Shown here one piece after another: positions 1 through 14,200 of a DNA stretch of 64,000 nucleotides. The notes beneath the pieces were generated by a model. The model was not told the DNA's origin. It made no database searches and saw nothing but the letters and a program-made list of their open reading frames with translations. This stretch comes from Haplodiscus bocki (lineage: Eukaryota). Both the position numbers and the translations under genes were made by a program. Position 1 is the first letter of the stretch, and each line of letters opens with the position of its first letter. The stretch is taken from NCBI GenBank assembly GCA_965655095.1, contig OZ296658.1, positions 9,610,001-9,674,000 on the forward strand, given 5' to 3'.

Positions 1-2260
1 GGGCAAGTTTTCGACAAGTTCAATGATTTTATTGCTTACCACAAAAAAAACACATCAAAGATTCATTTTTGTTTTGAACAAAATGATTCTTTTAGTTGAA
101 ACGAACAAAAATTTACGACTTGGTGACGGAATTATGAATCACTGCTTGGACAAGTTTTAGCATTTGTGCACCATTATTGTTACATTCGGCGCTTATAACC
201 CGCCCTGTACTTAATCTGTCACCGAACAAAACCGAGGAAACGTACATTGAGTTTACCCATTCTTTTCTGCAAATCATATCGAATGCAAAACCTGATCGTT
301 GTTGCAATTGATTTTTACAAGTGGATTATAATTACGTAGACGATCTTCTTTTGAGAATCAAATTGGAAGATTCGGGAAAAAATTCTGCTTGCTATTTCCA
401 TAAAACTACATTACAGGTACTAGCAGCATCCCATCATTTGAACATCAAGCTTTTGAAGAGCTTGAGCGGGAAAAAATGCATTTGACGGTTGAAGTTTTGG
501 AATCCAGTCCTTTCTTTCACAGAAGTCATAACTTTTGCACTTTCTTTCATTTGCCCAGTCAAGATAATTTCCCTCATATCTTCAACGTCTCAAGAGTTGT
601 GACTGGTCACCAATAAACTACCCAAAAAATAGAAGCTTAATGGACGAGTTTCAACCCTCACAAAATCTCATGCTGAAGAAAAAGAAAAAATCAATCCCTT
701 CTTAAGAAGCATCGCTCATCTGCAGTGAGTGATTTGGTTTTTATTGCGTTGATGCTATTCGTTTTTCAAGTTTCTTACAATTTCGTCAAGCTTGTTTTAC
801 CATTTTTTCAGAAAGCAACTTTTCTCAAAAGCTACTGCGAATGAAGAGCTCAAATTTTAGTTCAGGCATCAGGCATTTTCAAGTTTTTCCAGCCTTCCCT
901 CCCCAGCCCGGCTTTTTCGATCTTCAGAACGTTGGAATTCGTGTGAACCGGGAAGTGAATTCAGCCAATGTCTCAAAAAAACTGGCAAATGAAAGGTTCA
1001 AAATCGTTGCATAAACTTCACAGGCGAAAGCCATACCGTTTGGCTACGAATGCGTGCGGAAAAGCCTTTCACTGTTTGTTGCAACGCTGCAATATATCAA
1101 GTGAAATTCCTGATTGATAGATTGTCATCTTACTCACACATATAAATTTAAGTGGATGTTGAAATATTCTGGACCGGAGTTTTTTTACTCTTCTGCTTTT
1201 TGAGCACATACTGCATGCACGAATTAAAAGTCACTGTCAGTGAAATTACGCAAATGTTCAATGTAGCTGTGATCGTGTATAACCTGGTTACAAATAAAGC
1301 AAAATTTATGAAATCTAGTTGAAAAAATACCGCTAAAAGAATGGCTAAAAGATTCAACTTACAACAATACAATTTTCCCGCTGTTAGACGTTGAGAAACA
1401 AATAGTCGGAGTTTTCATTTACCCGAGATATGTCGAGAAGAAACTCATAGGCCTTGAAAGAAAGCAAAAATTGAATTGATCCTCCATTCGTTTGAATTTG
1501 AAAAAGTTTATTTTTTTTTTGAAAAAACGGTATACAAAACACCGTTCATGTCAGTGTTTTAAGCTTCTTTAAAATGGTCAAATTCTAGTTTCATACAGAG
1601 AGTCCTTTTTTGGTTCTTGGTCCCAATTGAAGTGTTCACTTTTTGCGTAAGAATGTATTAACTCAAAATAAATATCAAATCAAAGCTCATATTGACCAAA
1701 AACAATGAGAACACTAAATCTAACAGCTTCAGCCCAAACTATTTCGAAGGAATAGAGGTAGTGCATTTATATCTCTTTGACCTCGCACTGAGCTGTGAAC
1801 TTTTGAATAACAGGTCAAACACCATATCAAACATTTTTCTTTCGTCAAACATAAAAGAGGAAAATAAGCATCTTGAAACAAAATCAACATCAGAAATATC
1901 AACTGCCGGCATTTTTTGGGCCATTTCAGCACCGAAAAATTATTCTACAGAATGTTTGACAAACATATTCTATTCGGGAATTCAAGAGGACAAAATCAAA
2001 TTTACAGGTTGCAAATGGATGACGAGTGCACATTTCAGGATGTTTATTTCTAATTTTTATCAACTTTTCGCGTCAATTGAAACTTCCACCTTGAAGCTTT
2101 TACGTTTTTTATCCAGTTTTCTTAAATTTTTCATCAATGCCGAAAATTGATATTCTTCTTCATGTCGTGGAAGCAAACTTTTTCACTGTTTGCCAAAGAA
2201 TCCAAGCAACAATATATCTTCGCACACATTGACGTTTTGTTTTTCGCCCGAGTTCGTTGT

Positions 2261-5200
2261 TTAGTCGGCTCCAAAAGCGCTTCTAAACTTCTTCAGCTGT
2301 TTCATCACTGATTGTTTGAACTCGTTCATTTCTTCCATTTGAGATTCCAGTTTTTCAACCTTTTCTTTCAACTGAGCAATCTCTTCTTGTAATGCTTCCA
2401 CGTACTTCTCAGAAACTAGAAAAGAAAATGCTTGGAAAACAGCAAAAATTTATTGAATTTGATCACAGAAAACCGAAAATAGTCAAACTTGGATCCACCC
2501 GTAAAGCTCACTCTAATTGAAATGAAAGCCGGTTTTTACATGTTTATTTTTTGCAGCGCTGGAATGAAGTTCTGTCATGTTCGAAACTTCCAGAATTTTT
2601 CGTTATCTCAAATTCATCCGCATCTACAATAATTCAAGTTGAAAAATCAAATCAAAAGCATAGGTCCCCATGGGGCCAAAAGCTCCAGAATTTTTTCCAT
2701 AAAGTGCGACATTTTTTCAAGGAACCAAAATTCAGTTCAATTTTGGATCAACTTGGTAAAACTTCTGCTCATCAAGGCAGACTTCGAGTTGAAAAAAACT
2801 GAACTTCGAATGAATGCTTTCCCGTCGAGATAAAAAAAATACAGGCAGAAGTTGCAGAAACAAACAAACAAAAAACGACAAAACGAACAAAGTAACAACC
2901 TCCGGCGAACTGTGCATCGAGGTAGTCACTCGAAAACTGAGTGCTTGAGTCTTCATCGAACTGGTGCAGAGGACGAAAAGATTTTCTCAGTTCAGCTGGA
3001 AGCTCGCCTTGGGATTCTGCAGAAGCTGCTAAGTCATCCTGCTCTTCTTTTTTAGTAGGAGTCAAGTCAATGTCAAAAGTAGTGGCTTCGTTAACACTGC
3101 TTCCTATGAAATGCGCGCCATTTATATACAGCTTTTTTTTGAAAGTTCCCGACTATTAAACTTTTTTCTTGAAGACCATCAAAATCGACGAAACTCAAGG
3201 AAAATTCTTGGTGTTACTACAAGCCCGCATACTATCTCCAGACCAAAGAAAATGCATTTTTCAACCCAAAAGGAACTCGGAGCTACATGATCACTCTTTC
3301 ATTTAGCCCAAAAATTTTCAAGCCCAAAACCATTTACTTAATTAACTTTTTATGATACCTCCTTTAAGACCAATTTTTTTCGTACCGCCTAAAAGCACAT
3401 GCACCAGATTATACGGATATTGATTATCCAGAATTTAAACGACCTTTTTTACGGCCCCTATTTTTCGAATGATCGAGAACTCGACTTTGTTCTGTTTTCT
3501 TTTCAACTACATTTTTGTGCAATCGCAGCACGTCCCACATACTCCAAGCCCCCTGTTTCAATACGCGGGGCCTGCGAAGAAAATTCCTGAAAAATTGCAA
3601 TTAAAGTCATTTTCTAAAACTTTCAGCACAATAATTGTCGGTTGATAGAAAATGAACTTCTGAGGAAAATGAAAGGATGACACCATCCAACAAACTCGAA
3701 ATAAATAATCGATTCCTAAATATTTGTTCAGTTCAGGTGTTGATTTTGATGAAATAGGCGTAAATCACTGTTTAGCATCGTACACAGCATGTTTAAGCAC
3801 TACCGATGCCAACTAGTTCACCGAAATTATTATTTTTGGGATTATGAAACAGATGACTGATTTGATCTGAAAATTTTCAGTTATTGGTTTCTACAACAAA
3901 CAGCAAGCCCAGGAGGCTCAACTCGGTGTCGCCTGTATGGCTCAAAATATGTGAGAGGGTATCATGAAAATTTTGGACCTTCTATTGCAAAAATGGGACA
4001 TTGCTTCGCATCACATTATGCTTGTATGCTTTGAGTCTTTCATTGGGGTAGAAGGCATAGACCTGTTGTATTAGGCTGTAAACTTTTCGTAAAATTGTGT
4101 CCATTTTAATTGAAAGACTTTAAAAAACTAATTGTGCACTTTTTTTGATAAAGTTTGAAGCTTATGAACAAAGAATTAATTGTTTCGGCGCTTATTAATA
4201 AGCTCTTATCGCCAAAACCATTGAATTTCATGACTTACAAATTTTTGGGCTAGTGGAGTGTAGGTAATTCAATTTTGGCAGTGAAGGTAGTTAGGATTTT
4301 TCGGCATTGTGAAGTTTTGACATAAGGAAGCACAATCAGATTTATAAATGAACACAGAACGGAACATCGCCACGCAAGGCAAAGCGGACCTTTGCGACAC
4401 ATTCTGACCTGTCAGTTGGGATCAAAGATCCCGAAATACATTAAAATCATGATCGGTATAATACACCAGCTGTCAATGAAGACTTAGTTCGAAAAAATCA
4501 AATTGAGACAAAAGCTTGTTGCAGGGTCTCATGCTCAAAAATTTGATGTCAATCCTGTCTTTTCAGGTTACGCCATTTTACATGCCAATGTTTAAGACGT
4601 TTTGGACACGATTAAAATAAACAGCATAATCCGGTTTCAATAAAAATTTAATTGTTTATTGTAATTTCGAGACCTTTCTATAACTTTCTTATCACAAAAA
4701 TAGCGTTGAATTAACTGTCGCTTCTTAATCGGAGCTTTCTACTTTGATTTAAAAAACGACTATTACAATGACTCGTTTTTTTTTTCAAAGCTAAAAGGTT
4801 CAAATGTTACGGCCCTCCAGGGGGTAGGACAAAACGTTTCCCAGCGATTGAAACTGGTTCGAGATTAAGGAAGTGCAATATTTCATTCTGGAGAAAACAT
4901 CCCAATTTTGTGGATTTCATGTAACACCCCCTTTTACATTTTGAGCTTTACCAGCAGCGCCGCTTTAAGCGTTGCGGATTTTTTCAATTACAATCAGCTC
5001 AATCATGCATTTTTACTTAAATTTAAGCTGCTTCCGCTGGACTGTTTATCACTTTTAAGCAGGTCGATTCTATGATTCCTACTAATCTAACAAGATTGCT
5101 AACTAATGTTTTACAGAGTTTCGCAGGTTTTGAAGTTCATCGGAATTAATTAACTTTTTACCAGATCCCAAAATCTCTTTTTCCAGATCCTCCACTTTGA

Positions 5201-8200
5201 CTGCATTATTGCCCTCACCTGTCGAGGGATAGTTACCCTTCAGAATTCCTTTGGAGACACATAATTGTAACAAATCAAATTCTTCAGAGCTCTCACTGTC
5301 AGCTAAAAAACCATTCTGCATTATTTTAATTAGGAGTAAAATGGATTAATGGATTAAGTAGGGGTTTCACATCATCGAATCATTCGTATGAAACTATACT
5401 GAGGCGAATCGAAACATCGCAACACATTGATTTGTCAGTTTGAGATCAAAAAAGAACAGTACCTATCAAAGATTCTGACAGATGTTTGAAATCATGATAA
5501 GAAATGTGATTGACACTTCTAAAAATCTGACCAGCTGTCAATCAAGCCTTTGTTCAAAAAATTCGAATTGAGATAGTACCAGTCAAATCACAGTGTATCC
5601 CACTCGCACACTTGATCTCTCAATCTTGTTTTTTTTTGGGTTACGGCGTTTTACAACTCAATGTTTCAAGAATTTGCACATTTTACAACGCGAAAATGAA
5701 AGAGTTCCTGTCGAGTGTCTCATATTCACAAATTCTGGTATGCCAAACATAACCTTTTAAGGACTTTTATGTTCATTTTTTCAGACCAATGTTCAAAAAT
5801 AGGTATCAAACAGTAGGCGCAGAGTATAAAGAATAGTGGAGAAAAGTTGAAATTCGTGAAAAAAAAGAATGGGGGGAATTCAGAAAAAAATCCATTGCGT
5901 ACAGCGTGGAAAATTTCAGCGCGTTTTTTAAGAAAAATTGAATATTTTACACGCTTTGAATAATTGGCAATTTTTTGACGCTTTGAGAATCGACAATTTT
6001 CCGAAGCGATGAATGGTCATCATTTGGATCATTTTGAAAAGCGGAAAATTAGATGCAAATTCAATTGGCAAATTTGAGAAATTTTATATTTCAGAATATC
6101 AATTAGCACAAGTGATTGAAATTGAAAAAGTAAATAGCTAAGAGTGGCGTCCGCTTTAGCGAAAGCGTAAATAAAAACGAATAAAAAGAGAGGCGAAGCT
6201 AGGCTTCGCAACACCTGCGCCTACAAAAGTGCCATGCTATTTCAGCGATTCTTGATATTACTTAATCGGAATTTCACAATTTCGGGAGCCAATAGCTACG
6301 TCGGTATGGCGCTTACCTGCCACGCCACAGGCCGGAAGGAGCTGCAAAGTGTTCAAAAACTTTAAGAGCAGGAAATTTTTGAGTTTGAACGGATCGAAAA
6401 AGTGGTCGCGAGGTGTAGTCATCAAACGGCGGCCACCATGCTTTATTTCTTGTAACCAAAAAAAAAGGTCTTGAAAAGAAACAAAAGAAACATCATATTT
6501 GAAATTGACAAAATTACCAAACTGGAGTTCCGTGCAATTTGAAGGACAAAAAATCGCAAGGTGTAAAACTTCATAGTCAGGATTATTAGCAGGATTTTTT
6601 TCATATCAAATTGAACTTCAAGGGGAAAAAATCAAGGACATGCAATTTCATCGTAGGGATTCATTCTGAAGACGAAAACATCACAAAAATTTACTGTTGA
6701 CTTCAGTCTTGCAGACATTTGATCATCAAATTAACTTATTACTATGACAAAAAATTATTGATCAGCAATGTAGCGTGAGACACTTGATCGGACAATCATC
6801 CGTCCTGATGCGGAATTATGGAAAAACTTAGGAGCAGTGACCGCAAACTCTGCGATTTTCCACAAAAATTTCCTCGGAAGTAGTATACAGCCAGCAAGAG
6901 GCCCAAAATCGGCGTCATCCGTAACGCAAAAATATGCACAGGGGGCCCTGCTTTTGGAATAATTTTGATTTTCAATAAGGAAATCGAAACGAAGCGAAAT
7001 CTATTTTCGTCGGAATTTTGTCTTAATGTATCAGAATAGTATGATGTCTTTTGATGTTTGATTTGGATTTCTTTGAGGCGAAAGTAATTGGCCCTGTTAC
7101 CTGGAACAGTTAGGTTTTTGTATTATTTAGCTGGATAATTCGATGTGACAATTTAAAATAGACGCATGCAAGAAAAAGTGAAACGACCATGCCCAGTGAC
7201 ACAGGGGGCGAAAACAAGAATAACGTCAACCTACAGTGTCTGACAACTTTGTTTAAAAATCACCCGTCACCAGAATAAAAACGTTGAATCACAAACAAGC
7301 GATTTTAAAAATGATTCAAAAAGAAAGTGAAGAAAATTGAGATGAGGGAGGGAAAATTTAAATGAAGACAAACCTCCAAACTGCATCCCTAATCCTTCAA
7401 AACAACAAAAAAGATCAATTTCTCTCTACAAATCATTATTTACCGTACCCCGAAGTAGTCTATCAATGTATTGACGTCTAATCTAATCCTTTCTTGTGTT
7501 CATTGCATAAATTTAATTGTATAATGCAGAATTGTACACGTGCAATAAACGTTGCGTTTATAATCACTTCCGATTTTTAAAATATCTCTGGAACCAAAAG
7601 AAAAGTACGACATTTTTAATGAAATCACAGTACCATGGAGAAAATACAATATGAAATCGCCAGAAATTGCTAAAATTGAAAAAAAATCAGCCCTCTTGTC
7701 ATAATTTTTCTCTTGTGTTGTTATTTATAGGCAAAACTTTAATTCCGTAGAGATCTAGAGTATTCTGAGCTAGCGCGAACTCAATATTATGACAGTATAC
7801 TCGTATATATTACACAGAGAAGTTGTGCTTCGCAACACTTGCACAAACAGAATAGAACTAAGAAACGATATAATATTTCATTCCCTTGATGTTTTAAAAA
7901 GAATACTGATTCTCAAGCGGGAATGTCAAGACAATAGAGCATACGACTGCGTTGGCAATGGTCCTAAGTTCGAGCCAAAGAAACTCCCTTCTCTTTGATC
8001 AAAATCTGGGAACAAATACGAGTTGTGAACGGATCGAAAAAAGTCCGCAGAAACCTTTGATATAACATTTGCTTGCGCAAGTTCAATAAGCGTATTTTCC
8101 CATATCTTTTCGTTATTGTACTGGCCTTTATACATCCTACTGATTATCACTTTTGAAAGGTTTCGATTAATTGAAGGATTCTATTTTACTTGCATTACAT

Positions 8201-11200
8201 TGAAGCTAACCTACAGTAGTGATTTTAATTATTGCGACTAAGCAATTTTGATACGCTTTACAAAATCCTAAGTAGAGAAGTAAATAATAGGAGATCAGAG
8301 TAAACAAAGGTACTCTGAGAAAGCTCATTAAAAGGGCTATCACATGGTTATTTCATTTGCCAAAACAAGTACTTCAAAGAGGTAGAAAATCGCATCCCAA
8401 AATTGAGTAAATAAACCATGCAAGCATTGCGAATAATGACAGTTTTCGTAAAAAATCTTGACAATGACGCAAAATACCAACAAACAAATCACATAATTTG
8501 TTAGTTTTGGTTAATTCCCAGAGCTTTTATCTTTAACACTTTTCTCACAACTTCGAATTTTCTGAGAAATTGCAAAAAGTAAAAGTATAATGTTAACATC
8601 CTATTTTATTACATTGATTTTCAAATTTAGTAGATTCAAGATAAATTTTGGAAGTTTTTGAAAACTTTTCCGCCAACAGATGATATCAATTGTCGCAAAA
8701 ACATCAGGGGCATCTATCGATGAAGTAAAATTCCATAATTAATTTTTTAAAGTTACGAAATTCTCAAAAGAATGGAAAGTTTGGCCAAAAACGCATTTTC
8801 TAGTTTTTGCTCTATTCGTTGGAAATTTTTCAAGTAAACACCATTATAATCTCCTGAAAATTCTAAGAATATTTTGTTTCTGGTACTTTTGTCCAAAATG
8901 ATTATTCCCGGAGTTATTCGTGCTCAAAGTTGACTTATGCATTAAAGTTGTCGCATTAATTAAAATCACTACTGTACTAGCAATGTTGAGAGAATGTAAT
9001 TGATAATGAAAAAAACCATTCTTTGCAGTTAAATGTAACTAATTTAAATTTTATGCTATGTGGCCTACAATCCTTTACAAAATTATACGCAGAGATGAAG
9101 TGGAACTTCGCAAAGCCTTCTGACCTGTTAGTAGAGATCAAAGATCCTGAGACAATTGAAACCATGATCGGAGATGTAACTGAAACTTTTAAAAATACTA
9201 CAACAGCTCCCAATCAAGAGTTAAAAGTCAAATTGAGACAAGTACCTCTCACAGGGTCTCCTACTCGAACATTTCATGTCAATCATGTTGTTTGTGGTTA
9301 TGCCATTTTACAGCCCAATTTTCAGACATTTGTACATTTTACAAAGTCAAAACGAATAAGCACCTGCCACAGCTTCTCATATTCAAAGCAATGTTATGTG
9401 AAACATTACCGTTTTGAGCGCTGTTCATTTTTTAGACCAATGTTAACAGAACGCGAAAATAAACAAGTACCTGCCGAAAAGTTTCGAAACCACCCTCTTT
9501 GACCGTTTACACTTGATGGTTAGAATCTCTCATGATGTCAAAAATGCAAGTTTGGAGCACGATGAAAAAACTGGGCACAAGCCTTTTCAATACACATTTT
9601 TCCTTTCAGCAGAATGTGTAAAAAACACCTAAGATATTTTCCGTTTGCATAAAAATTTATTGAAACACTTGTTGTTTTCACCTATAATGGAATGCGCACC
9701 TTTGTTCTGCGAGCACTTATGCATTAACCTCTGTACTATCCAATCCTCTCGCCAAGCGTCAATATAGAAGAACCGAATACTCTATTCTAATTATCTGAGA
9801 GCTTAAGAAGTTGTGGTCACAACAAGCCTTGTCTCTTAACCAATCACTATCAAGTATTCGATGACGTCATCTAAAAACCTTAATGCCGAGTTGATAGTTT
9901 CTCTTTCAAATATGAAGTATTGAGTTTCATAAAGTCAAAATACAAAGTTCGAAATAATAGGTTAACATTGTCAAATATTATCGAAAAGTCTAACATTAAC
10001 TTTTGTGTTATGACTCTTTGCCTTATGGCGGGTAGGTTCAGTTATTAAGGAATTTGTTAATTTAGTCAAGATCAGTAACCTTGAGTAACTTTCTTCACGT
10101 GACACTCATGAACATTGGGTGAGTTTTGAGTTGGGCGCATTTTGTGGACCTTCATCTCCACTTTTTGTCTGAAAACCTCGGAGCGGAATAGATCCAAAGA
10201 CTCGTCACTGAATTTCTCATCAGCTGCACCTGAAAAGTAAAATGCTGAATGCTGGGATCTTTACAGTTCACCCCCTTTCTGCTGCAAAAAAAAATATTTT
10301 CCCCCAAACAATTAAATTGGCAAAATTTTTGACTTTTATACTATTTCTCAAGGACTATTTATGTCATGAATCATGCTAAGCTAAGATGTCACAAATTAAC
10401 AAATTAGTTCATTTAATCGTAATGAGTGAGTCACGCCATCATTATTAAGGAATGCTCATTCAACTTATTCATTCAGAGAGCTATGACTCAGCTCATTGCA
10501 TTTGAATGGGGGGATACTGAAAAACACCCGCATGCTGTTTGTTTTCGAGTGAAAAGATACAAAATGCTATAAAACTGAATAGCAACCCTAGTTGGGGAAA
10601 ATACATTTCTTGCGACATCTTGCAAGTATTTAGCAAGATATCTCCTGGAAGCATCAAGCGAGGAACATATTTACTTGTAAGAATCGCGTTATCTTTCAAG
10701 ATTCTAGCAAGATAGGGGTTTTTCCTCAACTAGGGAATTTCCACCCGGCGTTTTCAACACTGTCAAAGTAAGATTTCAACATTGAAAATGGACATGGCAG
10801 GAATCGATCCCCATGCTTTATTATTGCAAGCAGACGTGTTACCAGTACACTATTTTGCCTGACATCATGATTCATTATTCATCTTCATATACCAACTAAT
10901 TATGGTCGTTTTAAAACTTCTTAGGCTCTCCGCGTGACCTTAGAAGTTTTCTTGTCACTTCTATTCTGCGGCAAACTTGAATCCTGACAAGCAAGAAAAA
11001 AAGTTAATTAACAAGATCCAAAAAGCGAAGAGCCCCAAAATTTACACCAACTAATGTTTCAAAAATATAAAAACCGAACACAATGATAATCTGATATACC
11101 TGGTAAGGAGACTTTGATGGCTTGTGCCGAAATGACGTCATTTCTTGCAGATGATGCACCACCAGTGGTATTTGATGGGTTGAAGAAGATAAACTGATGC

Positions 11201-14200
11201 ATCATTGGTCGGGTATCGCTCACTTTGACAGTGGCTGAGTAGCCGTGGTCCACACAAAACACCTCCACTTGAGAAACAGCAGCAGCGCCTACGATTACAC
11301 TCGGGGTCACAGGGATGTGCGATTGTCGATATCGATGACTGATTGATTTTATTTACTGATCATGCTAATTACGTTATATGCGCGTACATAGGTGCTCATT
11401 TTATATTTTTTTACGACCCTGCATAAAAATGGGACACAAAAATTTTATCTTTTCAGATCACAGTTATTGACTGTTCGAAGTTACTGCGTTATTCTAGAAG
11501 TTACTTGAAACGTTGAATCCGGAGTCCGTTAATTTCAATCAAAGTAAACTTTTACACCACCTGCCAGTAATTTTGTTGATTTCGATAGCAACGACAGACC
11601 GAAAATGGCCAGAAATCCGGATGCTCCAATTACAGATGTATCTTTTTAGAAACTCAATGTCTTTTTGATAAATCCTCGTTTAATAGCGGAAAATGGATGT
11701 GCCAAAATTTTGGACGCAAAACATTGTTTCACAGTTCCAAAACACTCAGCACGCAGATTTTTTTGACACTCGCATTACTTTCATTCACGGTTCGTGCATT
11801 TGAAATCTAGATAGTCAAAAATTTCGCTGCAAAGGAACCAAAACTAAAGAGTAGTTACTGAAATAGTCAAAACATTATCAAGTCTCGAGTAACAACAGAT
11901 TCAATTGTTATCATAAAACAGGAGGCACCAAACGTGCAAGACATTAAACGCTAAGAATTTAGAATAGTAAAAAAAGTTAGAATAACAATTTCGCAAAAAT
12001 TCCCATTGCGCTGAAAAACTGCTAACTAATGAAAACGTCGAAAATTTCGGAGAACACAATGGTCTACTGGTCAATTTCGACGCTTTAAATAGTTTGCAAT
12101 TTTTCGACGCTTTGGGAGTCAGCAATTTTTAGACGCGATGAATGGTCACAATTTTGAAAAATCGGAAAGCAAGATGCGAACTGATGAAACAATTTTTGAG
12201 AAAATTTGAATCAATTAGGTGAAATCTAAAAAGTAAATAATGACGGTGGCTCCAGATTGGGGGGAGAGTAAATACAGAATAATAAAAAACAGCGACTATT
12301 CCGGTTCACTTTAGCGATCAGCCTCGCCCAGTCGGTCAATCACGAAGACGTTTACGAAGAAAAAAATTAAAATCTATTGGCATTAAGTTTCACTTATGCC
12401 TAAAAACAAACAATCTCCAACTTCTGCGATACTATATTAATTTGATGGGTAATTCAAAGTCAGGTGCCCTTATGTCTCTCTACCGCACATCCCAACCGGT
12501 AGTCGGAGTAGATATTGCACTTTCGGCAGCAGAACAACTGTTTGTAGACGATGACGTCGTCACCAGAGAATCCTGACAAGCTGGCCACCAGCCGAGTTGA
12601 GTAACTTGGGCACGCAACCATCTGTTGTCAATCTTGACACACACCAACTCGAAAGGCTGAAAAAAAGGATGACGATGAAAAACCTTATCACTGTTATATT
12701 ATTATGTGACAGTGATTTATAAGCAGAACAAGCCCGGATGCTCAAGTCGACACTGCCCCCCCCCCCCGAAGTACAAGATATATAGGGGGGTCTCACAAAT
12801 TTGGGGGTAGCAATATACACTAAAATAACACATTTTGCCGAAAAAGTTTGGATGTACCTAGTCTCGAACACTACTAATCTATGGCTTAAAAACTTTAAAA
12901 CTTTTTTGTCCTGTAGACTACCGGGGCCTTCTAAAGTACCGGCCATTTTGGGTTGGTCATGAACTTTATTGACAAAAAAACATTTTGGACCTTTTAGCAA
13001 TGGAAAAAAGTGACTGCACTGTAATACTTGCTTTTTACTCAAATGAAGCGCTGACTATCAAACTTATGATATTAAACTTCTGACGCCATCGCGGAAGGAA
13101 CGAAGTAAGCAAGTAAAAATAGCGAGCCAAAAAAAGAGCGTTCGTGGCTCGGGAGTCGACGGTTCGGGTTCCATGCCGAGGGGTGCCTAATTTTTAGGCA
13201 GTAAAGTTCTTAAATTCAATAAATTATCAGACAATTACGATGAAATTCGGACACATTGCGTAGAAAAAAAACCTTTAAATTGTCTTGCTATCGCAAAAAA
13301 GTTGTTTTCAGTGTTTGTGCATTTTGCGGTTTGTTCAACGTTGATACATTCCTGTTTTTTTTTCATTATCTGGTTCGACCGTAAAACAATGAAGTCAATT
13401 AAAAAATCGGGAACCCAAATGGTCAACGACACGAAGACAGAGGAGTGCCCAAGAATTTAGAATGACGGATCCACTGAAAAGAAGATGAGAGGGGTGCACT
13501 TGAAAAGATGATGACATGTGTACATGCTTCAAAGCTGTTACAGAGATGAGCGAGTTCAAATTGGCTGACCAAATTCGAAGTTGGTACGACATGGAATAGT
13601 TTGGTGCCTACAAACAAGTTGACCCCCGTTCTGCCTCCGATGCTAGAGGTCAGATAATATTGGAAGCCACAAAATATCACGACGGATGCCGATATCAGGT
13701 AGGTACATTGTGCGCCGACAATGAAAGCACTTTACAGAATAACTACTTTTCCGCTCTAGTGCAGTTAAGGTCCCGTGAATGCCGCCTCGATAAGAACCCG
13801 GAATTGCATATCAGTTACGCTCAAACGATAACGAGTGATTTAGAAAAAGGCTACATTGTTAAAGTTGACAATAAGAACTGTTTTAAAGTTGATTGTACTC
13901 GTGAGTGGTAAATGCAGCAGCGAAATTCCATGGTTCCCCATCAAATAACGCACTTTTGACCGCAACTGACCTGCTACTAAAACTAATCGCGTCCTCATTC
14001 ACTTTCACCACTACCAGTACGTCGTTTCTGTGGTTATTGAAGGCATGTTTCTGCAAGTTGACGTTATTCCAAAAGACCAACCGTCTCTTCATTTTTTGTG
14101 ACAGGAGGACCCGGCTAACGAAATCACTGAGTACCAGTACGTGTGTAAACAGTACGTGTGTAACCAGTACGTGGGAGGAAAAATTTCAAATGGATGACTA

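Noticed and set aside
1-1100. Possible coding or transposase remnant at the window start
   Set aside because: No sustained frame, splice pattern or motif that I could support.
1692-2150. 152-aa plus-strand ORF
   Set aside because: Non-ATG start, no motif, antisense to the probable host 3' UTR.
9023-9502. 159-aa ORF
   Set aside because: Lies within repeat family A; other copies are not open.
10900-10984. Possible extra host exon after TTGTCAG
   Set aside because: In the required phase it stops after 7 codons; exon 14 joins exon 15 cleanly to complete the Tudor extension. A poison exon cannot be excluded.
14130-14175. Three 15-bp units ACCAGTACGTGTGTA as a CRISPR-like array
   Set aside because: No spacers; a local slippage duplication inside decayed Pao RT in a eukaryotic genome.
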